A stretch of 64,000 nucleotides of DNA, taken from NCBI RefSeq assembly GCF_018977255.1, contig NW_024704742.1, positions 82,400,001 through 82,464,000 of the forward strand, in the 5' to 3' direction. The translations under genes and the position numbers were made by a program. This DNA comes from Callorhinchus milii (taxonomy: Eukaryota). Shown one piece after another: positions 23,669 through 35,611 of this stretch (position 1 is the first letter of the stretch; each line of letters begins with the position of its first letter). The notes beneath the pieces were generated by a model, which searched no databases, was not told the DNA's origin, and worked only from the letters and a program-made list of their open reading frames with translations.

Positions 23669-26363
23669 CGTTATACTCTCCCCATAACCTTACTATTAGA
23701 CACAGGTCAGTGTTTTGGATAAGACTAAGAGTTCATTGTAATTATCTACCTTAGCATTTTTCTCATCTTATTTACTGTAATAGGAAATCCATTTAGAAAC
23801 TTGTATATAATTATCTGTACTTTCAAAATGCAAATGGATGTTAAGTGCAACATTATGGTTAATAGTAATGAATGTATTACCCATATTAATATGTGAGCCG
23901 TAATAATATGTATTAATATGTGAGAAACAACGGGTTCCATTCACATTAAGGATGCTGCTGACGCTGTGCATTCCAGTGTTAGAATTAAAGAAAATTTGTA
24001 GCTTACAGGAGCACATCTCGTAGATAAATATACAGCCAAAAATAATGCAGAACTTAAGGTCATGGGAAAGAGCAAGGGAACAAACTTAAGAGTAGACAGA
24101 ACCAGTGTGAGCACAATGGGCCAAATATTCTCCTGCTGTGCTATAAACTTTCAATGATTCTTATAATTTAAACAAATGCCATTTTTAATATTGTTGGTCT
24201 ATATAACATTGTATAAGAATATAACAGGCAATTGACCTTATCAAACGTGCACACAATTCAATATTCATATAAACAATGCACTGATACACAGAAAGCACTT
24301 GAAATTGCAGCCCAGCTTTGCAGTCTTGTTTGCTGGGTGGGTTCGGTTGTGTGTCACAAATGCTGTTTGGCTCTGTTTGCCAGGAAATGGGCTAACATCC
24401 AAGGCAGACACTTTTGTATGCACTGTACTGATAACAGCGGAGGTTAATTTTCCTCTTGGTCGATCACAGTAAAGAAAAAAATCTCAACCTGTAATTGCCT
24501 GAGATGAGGACAGCTAATATGCCTGATTGCTTTTTAAGCCTCAGTGCAGTGCAAAAGAAAATAACTTGAAAAGAAAATGTGGGATTCATCTCTTGCCTTC
24601 CATGCCTTTCCATAATAATCCTTGCATTTGATACAGGGCCTTTCACATTAGGAAGACATCTGGAAGCGCTTCACAAAATTGAATGTGAAGCATAGTGACT
24701 GTGCATTTTGCGGCTGAACAAAAATCTTTCGAATCCCTCAAAAAGGCTCTCTATTCAGCAGCTCTGATGCTGAGAAACAGTTTGAAAAAGAAGCATTCAG
24801 AATCTAATTGGAGCATCAAAAGTGTGGTGCTTTGATTTTTTAATGTGTTAGGGCATATAAGTTTGTCATTATGCGACCACCGTAATCAGTTTCATGGACA
24901 ATCCTGCAATTCTGTGTGCTTGAGTGCAAATTTAAAACTGTTTGTTATTGCTGTAGTATGAAAGGCCATCTACTCTTATGTTCTGGGAGCAATAGCAAGC
25001 TAATAAAGAAAAGCTATTTTACCCAGGAAATTGCGTTACTAATAGATCACCTTATCTGGTCGAGTGCACAACAAGGATAGATAACCCTGAGACCAATTCA
25101 GCGAATCTGATCTGGTCAATAAAAGACACACTGCTCTTAATTGGATCCAGTCCAGTAAATATAGAGACTGAATAAATGAGCAAAAAGTCAGAACCATTTT
25201 GCCTTTGCCCAATATTCAAACTTTCTCTTGCTTTTAAAGTTGAACGGCAGCATTTCAAAATAATGTAAATGTATAAAAGTATTATCGCAAACCAAGAAAC
25301 AAATTTGAAGGATAGCCGCCTTAGAGATGTAAGAATTACACGTGAGAAAAGTCATCAAGCCCGCAAAACCATTTACAATCGGCTCTACGTGAATTGCAGC
25401 CAACCCACTGATAGTGTTTGAAATGAAGTGATATCAACGGCAGCAGTTATTCTGTCTTTTGGTCATCTTTCTCCCTGTAGGAGGGCGAGCAGCCAGACTT
25501 GCACCAAGGGTTTTTTTTAAAAAAAGGTTGGTTTTATTTAGATAAGGAAGCCATTGCTTTGTACAGCGTATTCTCCAGGATTTACCCCACCTCTCTCTGG
25601 CACCCAGCTCAAAACTGGTGCTGATTCATTAGCAGGTTACTGGTGCCCAAGTAGCAATTAGGGCTGTAACGTTAAACAACTCTGATTGGAGTCCAGTCCT
25701 TGTTAACTGCATTGGTCGAGGCACTTTTTTAAAATAAGTCAAATAAAATAACATGCTCCTTTACACATAAGTGGAGCGCCTATAGAAAGTAGGGTCAGGA
25801 CCCCCGTCACACACCCTTCCCTCTTCTCTCCTGCTTCAGCTCCAAACAAAACCCCCACTCAACTCAGTTACCCGATCACCTGTGGAAAGCATTTTGAGAT
25901 GTCCTCTCGCAGTGTAAGTGCTACATAAACATAAGTTGTTTGGTAATAATTGCACTGAATGGTTCAACTGGAAGTGTGGGAAACCTACTGGCTCTTGCTC
26001 CTTACTGCACAGGCTGGTGCTGAGGAGAATTCTACATGTGTGAAACCTACTGAGCTCCGAGCTCTGATAATGGCACTGTTATACTTTCAAAGTCATAATT
26101 TCTGAGCTGATTCTACACCATTGTGACTCATTGTTGCTTCTCAAGGTGGTCTCAGCATCTGATCCACTTTCAAGCCAATGGATGATTTTGAAAAAATATA
26201 TACCATGGAGTTGAAGCCTATTAGCCACAGCCCAGGGAACGGGAGGGTACACTCAGGATGCGGGGAGGGGGAAATTCTATTCCTTTAAGTCTGCAAACAG
26301 TTGCCTTGCTTAGCATGATTTGATTGAGAAGGTTAATGGAAGGTGCTTGGAAATAATTTTATA

Positions 26364-26769
26364 TAATCCTTGTATTTGCATTTTATACATTGCCGTATCA
26401 TGTTGTCGAGGTGTCTCAAAGCTCTTCATCTGATTTGCACAATTTGCACAATCAAGTGCAATGATTGTGTATTTGTAGAATGTAGACAAATATGGCAGCT
26501 GATTTGAGCATAGAAATGTCCCACAAACAGCCATGAAGTGAAAGACGCTTCCCTGTTCAAATAGTGCCATGAGATCTTTAACATCCACCTGAACAGGCAG
26601 ATGGGACCTCGGTTAAACATTTTGTTTAAAGAATGGCACTTCTGACAATGCAGCACACCCCCACCGCTGCATTGGAATGTCAGCAAGATTGTGAGTTCAA
26701 AGTCCCGACATGGGGCTTGAACCCATAACCTGACTCAGAGGTAAGCGTGCTACAAACTGAGCCAGGCTG
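26364..26769 (-). mobile_element. Deu-domain SINE, near full length
   Basis: tRNA-like head (CAGCCTGGCTCAGTTTGTAGCAC...GGTTCAAGCCCC), Deu-like AACCGAGGTCCCATCTGCCTGTTCAGGTGGATGTTAAAGATCTCATGGCACTATTTG, L2-like tail. Confidence 0.82.
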
Positions 26770-27984
26770 ACACCTAGCAATGGAAAACAAGACCTATAGT
26801 ATTCATATGTTGAACTCTCAGTCTGATTTGAAAACTCTTAAGAAAAGTAATAATTTTCTGCAAGTGTCAGATATCTGGCTACCCAAAATTGAAACCACCA
26901 GTTGCGGACAGCTATTATTAGACTCTCAGAGAGCATTAAAATCATATAAGATTTTCTGCCATGTTTGAGATCTGTCAGCCAGTGCTGTGAACGTGTCTTG
27001 GATCACAGCTTGCTGTCTGACTGGAGATTGTGATTCTTGTCAAATCCCAACGGTTGACTGACCATTCTGAAGATTAAAAAAACACACAGAGCATTTTTTT
27101 TTCATGTCTCGTCACATTTTTGGGGTGAATATAGAGGATGAGAGATGTCAAGGAAAAACAACAACTTTGTTTTGCCCCTTGTGTCAGCATTAAGCATGCC
27201 GAGGTATATTGTACAATGAAAGGTTTCTTCAGGGTTCCTCCCTACTGTGTTCAACCTCAACTACAGAAAAGTGCTCAATGCTGCAGCAATTACCAACAAC
27301 CAATCTTTCTTACAGCCTAGCTGAATGAGATTGCTAATTTCGTGCCAATTAAGAATAAATTATAGGCTGATCTGTGCTCAGATTCTTGCTTCCTTGGAAT
27401 TGGGTTGTGACTGATCAAATTAATTTCACTCTGGGCTTGCACACAGCAGAGAGAGCAGATTTACATCTGTGCTGGATTCAGACCTGGAAGCAAAAAGAAA
27501 ATGTTAATGACCACTCGGTTGCTCTAATCTTATTGCAAACTTCTGTTTCCAAGGCTTCTAGAAATGAGCCTAACTTTTTGAGATCCATTTGAAGTACTTC
27601 TCAAATCAAGTTAATTAAAAGTTCATTTGGATTCCCTGGTAGAATGGAAGCTCAGAGAAGGTGGTCTTATAAATTAGCATTTTCTTCTAATGAAAAATAG
27701 GACATTCATGGTACTATCTCCTGGTCAGAATCTGAAAACTGCCCATTTGTAAAATGAGCAGAATTGTTGAGAGAACACTATCAGGTTGAACTTGAGTTAA
27801 AGCATTTTATTCTTATAGTACCATTGACAGAGATTCAAATTGATCCAGTTTATAGCTGTGCTATAATTATTAAACATTTAGCTATCTTAACTTTTTTTTT
27901 CCATTTTTGGCTTTGCCCTCTTCTGCCTGAAACTGTAAAAGCTTCCTAAACCCATTGGGTCACTTCCAAAGAGAAACCTTGTTC

Positions 27985-28260
27985 AGTGGGTCATGGAGTG
28001 CTTGTCACTCATGCCCTCTGTTCCACCACTGGTGGCCGCAATTTCAGCCACTACACCCCAAAACTCTGGAACACTCTTCACTTTTCCTCTTCCTTGCCAT
28101 CTCTTTCCCCATCTTCAGGTCTCGCCTGAAGATCTTACTCTTTCACCGTGCCTATGGTCACCTCTCCTTCCCTCCAGCTTGACGCTATGCTCCACCACTG
28201 TCAAGCACTCTGGGATGCTATCCTGCATGAGGGGTGCTATGTAATTGCAAGTTGTTGTTG
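27985..28260 (+). mobile_element. Old L2 3' fragment
   Basis: FRSRLKILLFHRAY; tail ending GCAAGTTGTTGTTG. Confidence 0.8.
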
Positions 28261-28930
28261 AGTGAGCATCGTGTTAAGTGTAGCAACATGCTGAACCTGG
28301 ACCATAAGAGGACACTGGCAGCAGAGCTCTTTGTGAGCTTGACCTTATAGAAACCAGGAAGAACACAAAAGGGTTTTAGATGGCGGAGAAAGCATGGAGT
28401 CACTGATGTTACTACAATATTTAACTGGTGATATAGTATAACTTACATTTATACAGCATTGTTCAGGTTGGGAGTACGTCCCAAAGTGATACACTCATAA
28501 GCCAAGGATGCATTTTTTTGTATATTTGTAGAAACGTGGGTGACGAGATTCACTTTTAACATACATATATTTGAGTTTATTGCTACAGATATAGCAATAT
28601 ATAGCAATGTTGTTTATTAACATTTTATCAGACAGCAGTGAAATTTAAAGCTGACTTGCAATGAGGGTCTTTCAGCTGCTGACAGTGCTTAGAGCACGGT
28701 GTTGAATTACAGAATACAAAGGCTGTGATTTTTAAAATAAAGTTACGCCACCCGGGTGCACTTTTCCTTCCTAAGAAGACAGATGAAAATAAGATGAAGG
28801 ATTATTAACGGTTCTGAAATACTATATACCGAATAGTATTTCATATGTCTATGGTGCTGATGACCTTACAGACATTCAGATGCAAGCAACCTCAGAAAAT
28901 CCTTTCGTCAGTAGCAATCACAAGTGGAAT

Positions 28931-29299
28931 GTGGAGTCCTATAGCTCAGTGGTTAGAGCACTTCCTTCGCAAGCGAGAGACCTGGGTTCTATTCCCGGAA
29001 GGGTGAAATGTTGGCCAAGTTTCCTTACTCCATACTCCTGTTTACCTGACAGTAAGTAGGAACCTGGGTGTTAGTCGATTGGCGGATCACTTTTCCGTGG
29101 ATAATAATCTCTAAAAAAAAATACTAAATCGGTCACTCAATCCACGACTGTTTGTTGAACACTGCTGTGCGCAATTGACTGCCGCGTTTCACCCACAAAA
29201 TATGCAGTCAATTCACTTTATAGTATATTCTGCGAAGCGCTTTGAGACGTCTAGAAGTGAAAAGCGCTATATCAAATGCAATGATTAATATATGTTATT
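28931..29299 (+). mobile_element. tRNA SINE, long form, full length
   Basis: Complete head plus the ~60-bp segment missing in short forms; ACAAGTGG near both ends (probable TSD). Confidence 0.93.
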
Positions 29300-30505
29300 A
29301 CAAGTGGTTCCACTCCCTCTATGTAATCCACAAAGTAAATTATTATCTTTTGATTACTGAAATGCCTTGATCAATGCATAATTTTTTCATTAATATCTAG
29401 ATTAATGGCAAGTCCAAAGAAGTTCCAGTCCCAGGGATGGACGAGCATTACGCTTTAATCTCTCACGCAGTGGATAAAACATATTCGTTTTACTCTTTTA
29501 AAAAGAAGCTTTGAGGTGCTAAGGGAACAGTTTTACTGCCATAATATTATCATGTCAGCCTGTTTTAGTTGGTAGTACTTTTGCTTCAGAGCCAGAAGAT
29601 TTTGGGTCCAATTGGAACTCTGGGTTTCTGCAATACTTGCAAAGAAACAGCTTCAAAATTAAGACCAAAAGTAAGATTTTCCAATTTTTGCAATTTCTTA
29701 AATTTCAAGCCAAATGGTCTTACGACAGTATAGATTTCGGGGCCTCAAAAGTATAATTTCTGACGCACTGTGATGGTTTGTGCCAGTGTATTATTTGTAT
29801 GGCTCTTTGTTCACAGCGGTGAATGATAAATTGAGTGGAAATATTTCTGTGAATGCGAGAATATCTAAAATCTCGTCTCATCTGAGACATTGTATCCCCT
29901 TCCACTTCTGTGTGGTGTAACAGCTAGTGCACTATTATTGATGTAATGACATTCATATAGAAATTGTTGTCAAAGGCAAAAATCTGGCTCTTAGAAACTC
30001 ACAAATTTATGGCCGCAGGAGGCCATTCGGCTCATCAAGTTTACGCTAATTCTGAATGCAAACTGTTCTTTCAAATCCACTGCCCTGCCATACCCTTTTC
30101 AGAAACCTCTATATTTCAGATACCTATTTCCCTGTTGAAGCCACAATGCATCTGGCACCTTACAAGCCAGGGCATTGCACATAAGTACTTGTGTTTAGAT
30201 GGAATAATAATAATCCTTGCATCTCATACAGCGCATTGTCTCGTCGTTGAGATGTCTCAAAGCACTTCAAAGAATATAGTGAAAAATTAATTGATTTGAT
30301 TTTTTTGTGGGTGTAATGTGGCTGCCAATTATGGAATTATGGAAGCTTATCAATATAGTCGCCTGCTCTTCTGGCCTCAAGTATTTCCTAGATGTGAAAT
30401 AATTACAGAATTAGTCAATATCTCATGATTCATTGGTTATTTTTTAGTGGCTTCAGGCAAACAAGCAGAATGTTGATTCTTGATATTTATTGACAAATGT
30501 AATTG

Positions 30506-31077
30506 AATACAATACAAAGTTACATTTGAATAGTGCCTTTCACGTCTGTAGATGTCCCAAAGTGCTGGACAATCAGGGATTTGGACCCAAGCAGGCGTTG
30601 GGATCAGGGAGGGTTGTTGGAGGGTGACCGAAGAGGAAGGTCTTGAGACATGCGTTGAAGGAGGCAAGGGAGGAATTGGAGCACAGGGACTGTGGGATGG
30701 AGTTCCAAAGGGTGCGGCATGAATGCCCGACCACCGATGGTGGGGCGGACTGGGTGGGGAATGTGGAGTAGGCCGCAGCCTGCTGAACGGAGGGAGCGGA
30801 CAGGTTACTTTGGGATTAGCAGGTTACAGAAGTAGGAAGGAGCAAATCCATGGATGGCCTTCAAGGCGAGAATGAGGATTTTGGACTCTATCCTCTGGAG
30901 GATGGGGAACCATTGGAGCCAGGCGAGGGTGGGGGTGATAGGGTCACGGAGCTGGGTGCAGGAGAGGACACAAGGTGCAGATTTTTGGATGATCTGTAGC
31001 TTGTGGAGGGAAGAGTTGGGAAGTTCAACAAGCAGGGAGTTGGCACAGTCGAGCCCAGATGTCATAAATGCGTGAAT
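30506..31077 (-). mobile_element. Older L2 3' fragment
   Basis: ORF 30805..31086: [16 protein letters not shown]...LQIIQKSA...KAIHGFAPSY. Confidence 0.92.
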
Positions 31078-31079
31078 CT

Positions 31080-33604
31080 CCCCCACTCACAGTCACGGCC
31101 ACCCACTCGATTTGGTGATCACCCGGGGCCTCAGTGTCTCGGATGTCACTATTACCGACAAGGCCATCTCTGACCACTACTTCATCTCCTTCACCTCCTC
31201 CACCCCCCTCCCCACCTCCACCAGACCCACCACCATCTTCTACCGCCCTTGGAAGAAGTTACCCCCACAATCCCTAACCGATGCCTTGGAGTCCTCTGAA
31301 CTCCTCTCCCTCTGGCCTTCAACCCTCACCGACCCCTCTTCTCCTCTCTCCCTCCTCCACAATACCCTCTCCTCCACACTCGATACTCTTGCCCCCATCA
31401 CTTCCCGCACTGTCTCCTACTCCCGCTCCTCCCCCTGGTACACCACCCACCTCCGCTCACTGAAAAGCCAGGTGCGGGCTGCTGAACGCACCTGTGTCAA
31501 ATCTGGCCTAACGGTCCACCGACAAATCTGGCTGGACCTCCTCAAAATTTACCGCTCCACTCTAGCCTCGGCCAAGTCGTCCTTCTACTCCAGGATAATC
31601 CTGGAGGCGAAGAACAACCCCAGGCTACTGTTTTCCACCACAACCCGACTCCTCCGTCCCCCCCGCCACCCCGCGCAGGTCATCTCCTCCAACCTTCACT
31701 GCGAGGAGATGCTGGATTTCCTTGAATCCAAGATCAAGGGAATCCGCTCCGCGGTCACTTCCCCTCCAACTTCCACCCACCACCCACCCCTTCCCTCCCA
31801 CACTCCGACTCCTACCCATCCTCCCCTACACACCTTCGTACCCGTTTCCCCACCCTCTGTCACTGAACTCATCCTATCCCTAAAACCAACCACCTGCTCC
31901 CTTGACCCCATCCCCACTCCACTCCTTATCTCCCAGCTCCACTTTCTTGCCCCACATATCACTGACATCATCAACCTGTCCCTCTCCTCTGGCTCTGTCC
32001 CCATTCCATTAAAAACTGCCATCATCACGCCCACCCTGAAAAAACCCTCCCTTGATGCGTCGCAGCTATCAAGCTACCGGCCCATCTCCAACCTCCCCTT
32101 TCTCTCCAAGGTCTTGGAAAGAGTTGTCGCCTCCCAACTGCGCTCTTTCCTTTCCACCCATTCTCTTTTTGAACCCCTTCAGTCAGGTTTCCGTGCTGCC
32201 CATAGCACAGAAACTGCCCTGGTCAAGGTCACCAATGATATCCTGACCATCTGTGACCAGGGCTCCCTCTGTCTCCTCGTCCTCCTCGACCTATCGGCAG
32301 CATTCGATACGGTCGACCACGCTATCCTACTCCACCGCTTGTCCTCCCACCTCAACCTTCAAGGCACTGTCCTTGAATGGTTTAGGTCGTACCTTTCTCA
32401 CCGTCTTCACTTTGTCTCAACGAATGGCTTCTCCTCCACCCCCCGTACTGTCTCATGTGGTGTCCCTCAGGGCTCTGTCCTCGGTCCCCTCCTCTTCACC
32501 CTCTATATGCTCCCCCTCGGTGACATCATCCGCAGACATGGAGTTAACTTCCACATGTATGCGGATGACACCCAACTCTACCTTTCCTCCTCTACTCTCA
32601 ACTCCACGACCACCGATGTCCTGACAGCTGCCTGTCCGACATCGAGTCCTGGACGAGAGACAACTTTCTTCAGCTCAACGTGCGAAAAACCGAGGCCCTC
32701 CTGATTGGCTCACGTCAGCGCCTCCGCACCTCAGGCGCTGACACCATCAGCATCCAAGGCTGCACTCTCCACCTCTCAAAGCCAGTCAGGAACCTCGGCG
32801 TTTTGTTCGACCCTGAGCTGTCCTTTCTCCCTCACATCCGCACCACAACTGGCACCGCCTTCCATCACCTCCGGAACATCGCCAGACTACGGCACTACCT
32901 CACCCCTCACGCTGCTGAAACCCTGGTCCACGCCTTTGTCACCTCAAGGCTGGACTATGGGAACTCTCTCCTCGCCGGCCTTCCCGCCACCTCCCTCCAC
33001 AAGCTGCAGGTCATTCAGAACTCTGCAGCTCGTGTACTGTCCCGCACCAGGCTTCGGGACCACATCACTCCCACCCTCGCTCGCCTCCACTGGCTCCCCA
33101 TCCCCCAGAGGATTGATTTCAAGATCCTCATCCTCACCTACAAGGCCATTCACGGCCTTGCTCCCTCCTACCTCTCCAACCTACTATCCCCCTACCTACC
33201 TGCCCGTACCCTCCGTTCCTCTGGCTCCGGTCTGCTCCACGTCCCCCGCCCCAACCGCCCTACCATCGGTGGTCGGGCCTTCAGCCTCTCAGCCCCAGGC
33301 TCTGGAACTCCATCCCCCAGTGCCTTCGCCGCTTCCTCCCTTTCCTCCTTCAAGGCCGGTCTCAAAACCTTTCTCTTTGACCGAGCCTTCAGCTCCCCTC
33401 TCGACTCTCTTCCCCTCCTCGCTCCCTCCCTTCCCTCCCCTCACCCTGACCATTTCCCCCCTCCTTGCTCCCTCCCTTCCCTCCCCTCACCCTGACCATT
33501 TCCCCCTGCTCGGGTCATGACCCAACTGTGCAGCGCCTTGGGACGTCCTCCTGACGTGAAAGGCGCTTTATAAATGGAATCTTGTTGTTGTTGTTGTTGT
33601 TGTT
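31080..33604 (+). mobile_element. Young 5'-truncated L2-clade LINE (~2.5 kb)
   Basis: End of APE endonuclease ([11 protein letters not shown]...SDH), RT domain, 3' stem-loop, (GTT)n tail; TSD TGAATCT at 31073-31079 and 33604-33610. Confidence 0.97.
31112..33495 (+). pseudogene. L2 ORF2 (endonuclease C-terminus plus reverse transcriptase), frameshifted
   Basis: [46 protein letters not shown] (32558-32569). A 1-bp deletion near 32628 separates ORFs 31112..32704 and 32680..33495; further indels near 33296-33330. Confidence 0.95.
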
Positions 33605-33790
33605 GAATCTACAAAGGACCCAAATTTGTCAGATTTATTCTATGTGAACAGAGCCATTGAGAGGTTGAAAGATTGTAGAAGAGATGAAAAACAGGAGAGG
33701 ATTGAAAACTGTGAGAAGAGTGAGCATGCAACAGAAATGTCACCTGAACTGGACTTCTGAAGGAATTCTGTGAATAATGAGGGGAATCAT

Positions 33791-34111
33791 GTGGAGTCCT
33801 GTAGCTCAGTGGTTAGAGCACTTGCCTCGCAAGTGAGAGACTTGGGTTTGATTCCCGGCAGAACTAAACCTTGGCCAAGTTTCCTTGCTTCACAGGCCTG
33901 ATAATAATCCCTGAAGAATAAAACCTAATAATAATTTGCTCACTCAATCCACGACTGTTTGTGAAACACTGCTGTGTGCAATTGGCTGCCACATTTTGCC
34001 CCACAAATATACAGTCAATTCACTTTACAGTATATATACTGTGAAGCACTTTGAGACATCTAGAAGATGTGAAAAGCACTGTATCAAATGCAAGGATTAT
34101 TGTTATTATTA
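33791..34111 (+). mobile_element. tRNA SINE, short form
   Basis: Complete head and tail; GAATC near both ends. Confidence 0.93.
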
Positions 34112-34651
34112 GAATCGGATATTTTGCAATTGAGCAGAGTCTGGATTTAGATAAATTTGAGTCTGGGAAGTGGTGTGGCAGAGTAAAAAGCAAGAAGAAA
34201 TGCAATCAGATTGGCTTGACAGTGAACGTATGGGAAAGGAATGTAATTGCAAGTCTGGCCATCTATCACTGCTGCTTTGGGTTTGCAGTAAAACGACTTG
34301 TACACTTTTCCTGCTTCCTCTTTTCGATTGCAAAGTCACCTGTCAGATCCACAGTTCTCCACATCCTGCATCTGTCTGGTTTGGATTATTATATTCTCTG
34401 TAAAGTGTTCTTTGAAGCTCTTGTGTCAGTCACCATTGCTAACAATAAGAAGAATTATATTCTCTTGGTTACTGTTGGCAAAGACTGCTTTGCTGTTGTG
34501 TTGTTTTAATTGACATTGCAGTCATTTCCATTGTGTTTTTCTTACTTAATCTGCCTGTCTCAGGAAGCCTAGGGGAGAAATGGGTAAAACAATACCAAAT
34601 AGCTCACAAACAATAGTTTATTTATTTTACAACAACAACAATTTTACAAAG

Positions 34652-34943
34652 CTATATTGCTTAGTGGTTAGAGCGCTCGCCTTGCAAACGAGAGACCTGG
34701 GTTTGATTCCCAGCAGGGCAAAACCTTGGGCAAGGTACCTTACTCCACATGTCTGATAATAAACCCTCAAGAAAAAAATAATAATAATAATTTGGTCACT
34801 CAATTCACGACTGTTTGTGGGACATTGCAATCGGTTTCCGCATTTCGCCCACAAATATACACTTTACAGTATGCTCTGTGAAGCGCTTTGAAACAACTGG
34901 AAGATGTGATAAGCGCAATATCAAATGCAAGGAGTATTATTAT
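34652..34943 (+). mobile_element. tRNA SINE, short form, diverged
   Basis: GCTTAGTGGTTAGAGCGCTCGCC head, body and tail. Confidence 0.88.
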
Positions 34944-35215
34944 ATAAAGTAAATGGATAAGTCTTCCTCACCACTGTGGGCATGGAGTTAAAAAAAACAT
35001 TTGTCAGTAAAACAATAGCATGAATAGTGCCTCCAAGCTAGAAAACGCAACCTGGGATATAAAGAGAATCCCCTCAATTTAACCACGAGTATGTCATGTT
35101 GACACTGTGAATTCAGCTCTCAGGTGATCTGCCCTTGTAAAATATTAATTGACTTTAAATTTGCAGCTTCATTTGGCATAAGAAATACACAATAATGGAT
35201 GTGGGTGTACATACT

Positions 35216-35238
35216 ATATATATATATATATATATATA
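35216..35238. repeat. (TA)n microsatellite
   Basis: Read directly. Confidence 0.95.
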
Positions 35239-35274
35239 GCACCTTAAACTGGATAAACATTCAGTGACTGAAGA

Positions 35275-35580
35275 GTGGAGTCCTGTAGCTCAGTGGTTAG
35301 AGCACTCGCTTTGCAAGCGAGAGACCTGAGTTCAATTCCAGGCAGGGCGAAACCTTGGGCAAGTTTCCTTACTCCACACGCCTAATAATAATCCCTCCAA
35401 AAAAACCAAAAACAATAAGAAATTGGTCATTTTCAATCTACGACTGTTTGTGGGACATTGCTGTGCGCAATTGGCTGCCGCGTTCGCCCACAAATATACA
35501 GTCAATTCACTTTACAGTGTGTTCTGTGAAGCGCTTTGGGACGTCCTCCCGACGTGAAAAGCGCTATATCAAATGCAAGG

Positions 35581-35608
<28 letters not shown>
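35275..35608 (+). mobile_element. tRNA SINE, young short form, consensus-like copy
   Basis: A box TAGCTCAGTGG, anticodon arm CTCGC-TTTGCAA-GCGAG, B box GAGTTCAATTCC, long (ATT)n tail. Confidence 0.96.

Positions 35609-35611
<3 letters not shown>

Noticed and set aside
30506..33604. Single L2 with a 5' inversion (twin priming)
   Set aside because: The minus-strand piece has its own tail, is much more diverged, and lies outside the TGAATCT TSD, so these are two independent insertions.
34051..34509. 152-aa hydrophobic ORF
   Set aside because: It starts inside a SINE tail, has no recognisable homology or splice structure, and the opposite-strand frames I checked contain stops.
35279..35350. tRNA-Ala(TGC) gene (cloverleaf-like, also in other copies)
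   Set aside because: It is a SINE head: the T-stem and acceptor stem are imperfect, the anticodon varies among copies, and it is always fused to the SINE body and tail.
35355..35609. Recurrent 'MGKFPYSTRL...' ORF family (also 3782, 4858, 18497, 56991)
   Set aside because: These are chance frames in SINE copies with TTG starts, running into (ATT)n; there is no evidence of coding constraint.
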